From: Chthonomonadales bacterium | GTDB taxonomy: Bacteria; Armatimonadota; Chthonomonadetes; Chthonomonadales; Chthonomonadaceae | Reading direction: 5' to 3' | DNA: 10,168 bases | NCBI GenBank assembly: GCA_038217285.1 | Contig: JBBQPO010000230.1 | Coordinates: 1 to 10,168 of the forward strand | In this document: positions 1-6,381 of the stretch, one piece after another | Layout: each line of letters begins with the position of its first letter | How positions within the stretch are numbered: the first letter of the stretch is position 1 | Notes under the pieces: model-generated | Database searches by the model: none | Seen by the model: only the letters and a program-made list of their open reading frames with translations | What the model was told of the DNA's origin: nothing | Program-made: the position numbers and the translations under genes

Positions 1-1
1 G

Positions 2-2428
2 GGACAGCAGTTCATCAATCAAGCGTTGCAGGACGCGAATGCAGAGGCGATCCGACTTTCCGCGCCGATTGACCCGGTGCGCATGAATACCGACGAATTC
101 TATCACATTCTGCGAACCCGCCTCTTCGCCGACTTACCTGACGAAAAATCCATTCAAGAAGTGGCCCGCGCCTATGGACAGGCACTCAAGCAGGCGAAAG
201 CAATGGACATCACCACTGCGTCTCCCGAACAGTTTGCCGCTGACATCGAAAGCAGTTATCCGTTCCATCCGGCCATTCGTGATCTCTATGCTCGTTTCCG
301 TGAGAATCAGGGTTTCCATCAGACCCGTGCTCTGATCCGCATGATGCGTATCATCGTCGCCAACCTCTGGGGAGGTAACCCTAACGGCGATGGCGGCGCC
401 AATTCACAGTATCTTATCGCAGCACACGATTTCGACCTTATGAACCCGGAAATGATCGGCGAGATCCGACATATCAATAGCAAACTCGACAACGCCATCG
501 CCCACGACATCGAACCGGTCGGTGGTGGGGCCGTGGCACAGCGCATCGACAGCGAAACCGGAACCAACAATGCTCTGGATGTGAGCCGACTGCTGTTTCT
601 CGCTTCGCTCGCTACGTCCATAAATCCGACGCTTGGACTGAACCGCTCCGAACTCGTCGCCTATCTCGCTGCGCCAGGGCGTGACGTCGCCCGGTTGAAC
701 AAAGAGATTGTAGAACGTCTCCAAACCGAAGCCTGGTACCTCCATGCGACCAGGGATGGGCGTCTCTATTTCAAAGATGTCGTTAACATCAACGCGAAGT
801 TAGACGAGTACACGCGCAACATGCTGCGCGACAGTAAAGAGAAAGAACTCAAGGCGCAACTGGGCAAAATCTTCGCGCCCAGTGCATTGAGCGTCTATCA
901 TAAATTGGAACTGTTGCCGGCGCTTGATGAAATCAAACTCATCCCCGACGCCATCACGCTAGTGGTGTTCCGGCCTGCCGATAGCGCTCTGCAAACCATC
1001 AAAGCGTTTTACCAACAGGCAACGCTCAAGAATAGGGTCTGCTTCCTTACCGGCGACGCGAACACCTATGAGCGTGTGCTGCAGAACGCTGCCGCCCTGC
1101 GCGCCTGTGATGCGATCCTGTCGGAAATGCGCGCTGAAAACAAGGCAGATAGCGATCCGCAGATGCAGGAAGCCCTGAGCCTGCGAACAAAATATGAATC
1201 GAACCTCTACATGGCGGTCAAGTCCACCTTCCTGCTGCTCTACTATCCAACCCGCGATGCGCTGAATAAACTGGATATGGATTTCCAGTATACGGATCAC
1301 AAATTCGAGGGCGAAGAACAGATTCGCAAGGCACTCGAAAAGGCCTACAAATACACGACGGACGTTGGGCCGGAAGGCACATTCCGTCAGAAAGTAGAGA
1401 ACAAGCTCTGGCTCTCCGATCAGCAGGAATCGCCCTGGTCACAGATCAAGGCCAATGCGGCGCAAGACCCCGCTTGGAACTGGCACCCTGTAAACGCGCT
1501 GGATCAGCTCAAAAACATTCTCGTACAGCGCGGCCAGTGGCGCGAAGCCGAGAGCTATGTGGACAAGGGGCCTTTCCCGCAGCCAAAAACGGAAGTCCGT
1601 GTGCAGGTGATTAGCCGGGATGAAGAGACGGGACGCGTCAAACTGAGGGTCACCCCGCTGAATGGCGACCGGGTCTATATGGAGACGGGCAGTTCGTCTC
1701 CCACAGAAGCCTCTCGCCTTTTGGACGGTGATACTGTGGAAGTGGACGATATGAACGTCTCTTTCCTGGCAGCGGACAGCCAAAAGGCTCACGAATCCGG
1801 CAAAGTCTACCTCTGGACAAACACCGTCTCCATCAAATATAGGTTTTACGATGACAACGGTCTGGTGCGCTGCGAACTACGCGCCGCGCCACCGGTTCGG
1901 GTACACTATACGACAGACGGCTCCAACCCGGTTACCAACGGCGGCGTCTACTCCACGCCGTTCATAGTTCCGAAGGGCGCTAAGTTCGTACTGGCTGCGC
2001 CTGCCGACGGTAAGGGGAAGACCGAGACCATTTCGATCCCCGCTGAGCCGGAAAAGCCCTCCGTTAACCTCGAAAAGGCCTGCTCCTGGTCTCGCAAGCA
2101 TCAATTCCCCTCTACCATGGCAACGTTCGATTTCCTTGCGCGTTGCCGCAAATACGATGCATGGCTCGTAGGAACGAAGATCTATATCGGCAGTGGCCGC
2201 AAATGGATCGAAGTCCTATCGGACGAAGAGACTCTGCATGAAGTAGGCGCGGTCGAAAGAACGATAGAAGCTTTACGCGACCTTTACGACCTTCCACACG
2301 AGAGCGTAGCTTTAGATGTTTCGAGGCTGAATTTTGAGACCGGGCAGAGCCTCATGGATTTCATCGCCGAACTCAAAACAACCCTGGTACACGGTGAGGT
2401 CAAAGAAGTCGAACCCAAAAAGAACTGA
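2..2428 (+). CDS. DUF499-family P-loop/AAA+ ATPase (BrxC/PglY-related anti-phage ATPase), 5'-truncated by the window edge; C-terminal Fn3/Ig-like region
   Basis: The frame is open from base 2 (GQQFINQALQDANAE...), so the TTG at 26 is not the true start. Family-type motifs are visible: 'EFYHILRTRLF', 'SYPFHP', 'FHQTRALIR' and 'AWYLH..DGRLYF..VVNIN'. 'VHYTTDGSNP..GGVYSTPF' (YTTDGSNP at 1907-1930) is Fn3-associated/CHB_HEX_C-like. Walker A/B are not seen and are presumed to lie upstream of the window. Stop TGA at 2426-2428. Confidence 0.88.
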   Translation, partial: GQQFINQALQDANAEAIRLSAPIDPVRMNTDEFYHILRTRLFADLPDEKSIQEVARAYGQALKQAKAMDITTASPEQFAADIESSYPFHPAIRDLYARFRENQGFHQTRALIRMMRIIVANLWGGNPNGDGGANSQYLIAAHDFDLMNPEMIGEIRHINSKLDNAIAHDIEPVGGGAVAQRIDSETGTNNALDVSRLLFLASLATSINPTLGLNRSELVAYLAAPGRDVARLNKEIVERLQTEAWYLHATRDGRLYFKDVVNINAKLDEYTRNMLRDSKEKELKAQLGKIFAPSALSVYHKLELLPALDEIKLIPDAITLVVFRPADSALQTIKAFYQQATLKNRVCFLTGDANTYERVLQNAAALRACDAILSEMRAENKADSDPQMQEALSLRTKYESNLYMAVKSTFLLLYYPTRDALNKLDMDFQYTDHKFEGEEQIRKALEKAYKYTTDVGPEGTFRQKVENKLWLSDQQESPWSQIKANAAQDPAWNWHPVNALDQLKNILVQRGQWREAESYVDKGPFPQPKTEVRVQVISRDEETGRVKLRVTPLNGDRVYMETGSSSPTEASRLLDGDTVEVDDMNVSFLAADSQKAHESGKVYLWTNTVSIKYRFYDDNGLVRCELRAAPPVRVHYTTDGSNPVTNGGVYSTPFIVPKGAKFVLAAPADGKGKTETISIPAEPEKPSVNLEKACSWSRKHQFPSTMATFDFLARCRKYDAWLVGTKIYIGSGRKWIEVLSDEETLHEVGAVERTIEALRDLYDLPHESVALDVSRLNFETGQSLMDFIAELKTTLVHGEVKEVEPKKN

Positions 2429-2439
2429 AAAGTGAGATC

Positions 2440-3162
2440 ATGTCCATCGAACGCCCTAAAATTGAAACTATCGGATTTGGCTTCGAGCCTGCCGGGGGCG
2501 CCTACCATTTTGTCGTAACGATCCCGCCCGGAGACGAAGGGACCGTGGTCGTCGCAGAGCATTTCGTCTATGGGGAGAGTGTGGAAGAGGCTGCCGCTCG
2601 CGCGCGCTTCTCCGATACACCGCAGGAAATTGTCGCACGTCCGCCCCGCGCCAAGGTGGAACTGTCCGTCTACAAATGGCAGCGCGTGGCCGAGGAAGTC
2701 CGATCCGAATTCAATCGGCGTCTGCTCGGAAGAGCCCAGAAAAGAGCTGCGTGGAAATCGGGTGAGAACCGTCTAGCCCCGCATCTCGGTAAAGAACTCG
2801 TTCTGCTGCTTTGGGCCGTTGAGGATGCCAATCCCGGCGATATTCCCAACGCTGTCGCCAATTGGCAGGGACTCGTGCCGGAAGAGCGCTGGTGGCTCTA
2901 CACCACGACAAATGCGGCAACCGGTCATGTATCGGAGGGCCGCGGCAGAGGCTGGCGCCGTGCCATTCAGATCGCCTTTACGGAAAATCCCGTTACCGGG
3001 CAGACCTACTTTGATCGCAACTCCGTCGCGGATTCCAAGAACGGTTATTCCACAAATGGGTCGTCGCCTGCTAAAAGCAGACGGGGCAAGCACAAACGCA
3101 CTGCCGACGACGACACGCAGCCAGCTCTATTGAACATGAACGAAGAAAGGACGGAATCATGA
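2440..3162 (+). CDS. DUF3780-family protein (anti-phage system component)
   Basis: 240-aa ORF starting 11 nt after the ATPase stop. Motifs recognised: 'TIGFG', 'HFVVTIP', 'EFNRRL', 'W..GEN.L...LGKELVLLLWAVE', 'NWQGLVPEERWWLY', 'GRGWRRAI..AF.ENP'. It sits between the DUF499 and DUF1156 genes. Confidence 0.85.
   Translation: MSIERPKIETIGFGFEPAGGAYHFVVTIPPGDEGTVVVAEHFVYGESVEEAAARARFSDTPQEIVARPPRAKVELSVYKWQRVAEEVRSEFNRRLLGRAQKRAAWKSGENRLAPHLGKELVLLLWAVEDANPGDIPNAVANWQGLVPEERWWLYTTTNAATGHVSEGRGRGWRRAIQIAFTENPVTGQTYFDRNSVADSKNGYSTNGSSPAKSRRGKHKRTADDDTQPALLNMNEERTES
3146..3155 (+). promoter_or_regulatory. Probable ribosome-binding site for the MTase, inside the DUF3780 3' end
   Basis: AAAGGACGGA lies just upstream of ATG 3159, and the start overlaps the upstream stop (ATGA), which suggests translational coupling. 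Confidence 0.55.
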
Positions 3163-6100
3163 CTCTCTCCCTGTCCTTCATCGAAGCGCAATTCCCTGTC
3201 TCCAAACTCAGCAAAGAGAGTTACAAAGAGCGAAAGGCCAACCACGGACAGACGCTCACCGGTCTGGGGAAATGGTGGGGCCGCAAACCTCTTATCCTCG
3301 TTCGCGCCGCAATTGTCGGCCTGCTCCTGCCCGCGACGGAAGATCCTGCGAAAGATCGGGAGGTGTTCCTGCGGCTTCTGACGATGGACGATGAAGGTAT
3401 GCTCCTCCGTCGGAACAAAAACTTTACGCTGTCAGATCTTTCGAACTTCCTGACGCCTTCCGAACGCCGAGAAGCGTTTGCCCCTGGCAGGCCGCAGCCC
3501 GCCTTTCGCCGTGAAATCTCCGCCGAAGAGCGTAAGGGGTGGCACGACCGCGCCTTCCTACGACTGGGCTACGACCGGCGATTGGAGATGTGCGCCCGGC
3601 CCGAAGAGATCGCAGGGCCGTCCGACGCTTCCTGGAAGATTATCAACGCACATTGCAACACATCGGCGGGCAGTCTGTCGGAGTGGGTGCGAGAGATGGG
3701 CGAGAAGCGGTTCGGCCACACCCCCCGCGTGGGCGACGCCTTCTGTGGAGGCGGATCGATTCCGTTTGAGGCAGCGCGTATAGGTTGTGATGCTTTTGGC
3801 TCTGACCTTTCACCCGTCGCGGCGTTGCTGACGTGGGCGGCGCTGAACATTGTGGGCGGTGGCGAAGAGGTTGCAAAAGAAGTTCGACACGCACTGCAAG
3901 CCGTCTACGATGCAGCAAAGGAACAGATAGATGAGTGGGGCATTGAACGGAATGCGGTCGGCTGGATCGCTGATGCCTATCTCTACTGCCATGAGGTGCA
4001 GGACAAGGGCTGGTTGGTTCCGCTGGCACCATCATGGGTGATTGGCGAGCGAACGCGCACGATTGCCGTCCTTGTTCCCGATTCCGCCACACGTACATTT
4101 CGCATCGAGATTAGGCAGGGCGTCACATCGGAGGAGATGACCAGAGTCCGTGGAATCAAGGAAGGAAATACTTGGATTCAGCGCGGGGAAGGAACGTGGG
4201 AGGAGGGCGTCCGCTGCCCAGTAGATGCCGATGGCAATTGGCTTCGTCCTGACAATCGCTTTGCTACCTCGGCCGATGTCCTACGCGGTCGTGATGGATT
4301 GCGCCGATGGGAAGCCGACGATCTTGTTCCCCGACCCGAAGACGTATTTCAGGAACGACTCTACTGTATCCGGTGGCGATTGCCGATGCTTAAGGATCTG
4401 CTTTGGAAGGAGCAGGCGACAGATCTCACGTCCGAACGTGCCGTGTTGGACACGCAGATCAATGCCCTCTGTGCCTTCCTAACGGCAGAACAGCAGGCTG
4501 AACTTGCCGAATTCCGCGCCCGCGACTGGCACACCGAAAACGCTAATACCACGTCTCTGAATCAGACTTACGATAGCCTGCGCGGGCAGAGAAATATTGG
4601 TCAGGAGAGGTTGACTCAGTCGAAGGAGGAGTGGCAACATGCATGCCAGAGCATTCGTAATCGCGACCTCCGAATTGCTGCAATCTCCGACTCTATTCCA
4701 GAGACGTGGTACGCTGCGCCGGATGCCGAAGATCTCCGCCGAGAAGAGGAAGTCCTAAAAATCCTGAGCAGCAAATTCACTGACTGGCAGTCAAAGGGTC
4801 ATCTCCCGTCCATGCCTATCGAACCGGGCGATAAGACCGAAGAGCCAATACGAACACGCGGCTATACCTATTGGCATCATCTGTTCAATCCGCGCCAATT
4901 GCTGATGCTTGGCCTCTTCTCCTATCTCTCCGACGCTATGCAGTTCAAAGGTGCAACTGACGCCGGATGTATCCTTGCGATCGGACGTATGGCGAACTTT
5001 AATAGCCGACTGAGCAAATGGCATCCGCAGGGCGCTAAGGAGACGGGTGCAGATACTTTCGCCAATCAAGCATTAAATCCGCTAGTTAATTTTTCCGTCC
5101 GTCCTTTGTCTGCGCTTACTCGAACTTGGGCCGTTGAATTCGCGCCTCAAATGTTACAAAGTAATTCAACAATAGCGGTTTGTGACGCTAGAGCAGATAT
5201 ATCCGAATGTGACGTCTGGATTACTGATCCTGCCTATGCCGCCGCTATCAATTATGAGGAATTGAGCGAGTTTTTTCTAATCTGGTACGACAAACGCCTA
5301 CAGAAACTGTTCCCCGATTGGTACACCGCCAGCAAGCGTGCTCTTGCTGTGCGTGGATCTGATGAGGCGTTTCGGCTCGCGATGGTGGAATGCTACCGTA
5401 ACTTTACTCATCATATGCCGGACGATGGCATGCAAATCGTGATGTTCACCCACACAGACGCTGAAGTTTGGGCCGACCTTGCGCTGATACTGTGGGCAGC
5501 GGGCCTTTGTGTTTCCCAAGCCTGGACGATCTCCACAGAAACGGATGCCTCTGGGCTAAAATCCGGAAATTATGTACAGGGCACCGTGTTGCTTGTCCTT
5601 CGCAAACAGACAGGGAACGACTGGGGCGATCTCTCTGATGTCTTTCCTGAGGTGCAGCGCGAAGTGGAAAGCCAGATGGATGCCCTCCTCGCCTTAGACG
5701 ACCGGAGCGATCCTAATTTCGACGACAGTGATTATCAACTCGCCGCTTATGCCGCTGCTTTGCGTGTTCTCACTCGCTACAAGACGATAGAAGACATCAA
5801 CGTGGAGCGGGAACTGCGCCGAACGCGCAAAAAGGGAGAGACTTCTCCGCTGACCGAACTGATCGAGACAGCCGTTAAGATCGCCTCCAACTACCTTGTA
5901 CCTGCGGGCATAGAAAAATCTGTCTGGCGCGACCTGAAACCGGAAGAACGGCTCTATGTCAAAGGGCTGGAGATCGAAGCGCATGGCGATTACCGAAGCG
6001 GTGTCTATATGGAGTTTGCGCGGGGCTACGGTGTGCGGGACTATCGGCCTCTGCTTGGCGCGACGAAAGCGAACCAGACGCGGCTAAAAACCCCCTCGGA

Positions 6101-6374
6101 GTTCCGTAATACTGGACTGACAGGCGTGGGCTTTGGGGAAACTTTGCTACGGCACGTTCTCTATGCCGTCTACAAAACAGGTGAGGAAGACGACCCGAAC
6201 ATCGGTCGTCTCTACCTGCGGCATGAAGTAGCGGGCTATTGGGATCGGCGAAACGACATTCTGGCTTTACTTCAGTACCTCGCCCATACGCCCACGCCCG
6301 TCATGACGCACTGGCGTCGAGATCAACAGGCGGCGGAACTCCTTGCCGGTATGATCGCCAACGATTCGCTGTGA
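3159..6374 (+). CDS. DUF1156-domain amino-DNA methyltransferase (probably N6-adenine)
   Basis: 1071-aa ORF. N-terminus 'SFIEAQFPVSKLSKESYKERKA..GQTLTGLGKWWGRKPL' is DUF1156-like. SAM-binding motif I 'DAFCGGGSIPFEA' starts at 3735. Motif IV variant 'ITDPAY' (DPAY at 5226-5237) is followed by 'GMQIVMFTH....VW' and 'GTVLLVLRK'. ATGA overlap with the DUF3780 stop. Confidence 0.9.
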   Translation: MTLSLSFIEAQFPVSKLSKESYKERKANHGQTLTGLGKWWGRKPLILVRAAIVGLLLPATEDPAKDREVFLRLLTMDDEGMLLRRNKNFTLSDLSNFLTPSERREAFAPGRPQPAFRREISAEERKGWHDRAFLRLGYDRRLEMCARPEEIAGPSDASWKIINAHCNTSAGSLSEWVREMGEKRFGHTPRVGDAFCGGGSIPFEAARIGCDAFGSDLSPVAALLTWAALNIVGGGEEVAKEVRHALQAVYDAAKEQIDEWGIERNAVGWIADAYLYCHEVQDKGWLVPLAPSWVIGERTRTIAVLVPDSATRTFRIEIRQGVTSEEMTRVRGIKEGNTWIQRGEGTWEEGVRCPVDADGNWLRPDNRFATSADVLRGRDGLRRWEADDLVPRPEDVFQERLYCIRWRLPMLKDLLWKEQATDLTSERAVLDTQINALCAFLTAEQQAELAEFRARDWHTENANTTSLNQTYDSLRGQRNIGQERLTQSKEEWQHACQSIRNRDLRIAAISDSIPETWYAAPDAEDLRREEEVLKILSSKFTDWQSKGHLPSMPIEPGDKTEEPIRTRGYTYWHHLFNPRQLLMLGLFSYLSDAMQFKGATDAGCILAIGRMANFNSRLSKWHPQGAKETGADTFANQALNPLVNFSVRPLSALTRTWAVEFAPQMLQSNSTIAVCDARADISECDVWITDPAYAAAINYEELSEFFLIWYDKRLQKLFPDWYTASKRALAVRGSDEAFRLAMVECYRNFTHHMPDDGMQIVMFTHTDAEVWADLALILWAAGLCVSQAWTISTETDASGLKSGNYVQGTVLLVLRKQTGNDWGDLSDVFPEVQREVESQMDALLALDDRSDPNFDDSDYQLAAYAAALRVLTRYKTIEDINVERELRRTRKKGETSPLTELIETAVKIASNYLVPAGIEKSVWRDLKPEERLYVKGLEIEAHGDYRSGVYMEFARGYGVRDYRPLLGATKANQTRLKTPSEFRNTGLTGVGFGETLLRHVLYAVYKTGEEDDPNIGRLYLRHEVAGYWDRRNDILALLQYLAHTPTPVMTHWRRDQQAAELLAGMIANDSL

Positions 6375-6377
6375 GGT
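6373..6377 (+). promoter_or_regulatory. Probable ribosome-binding site for PLD-SNF2, overlapping the MTase stop codon
   Basis: GAGGT (within ..gTGAGGTcgccATG) lies 4 nt before ATG 6382. Confidence 0.55.
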
Positions 6378-6381
6378 CGCC

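Noticed and set aside
26-28. TTG start assigned by the ORF track to the 800-aa protein
   Set aside because: The frame is open to the window edge and the Walker A/B region is missing, so the true start lies upstream.
3721-3726. C6 run before MTase motif I (and a T6 run at 5271-5276) as phase-variation tracts
   Set aside because: Both runs are too short to suggest slipped-strand switching, and the frame is intact.
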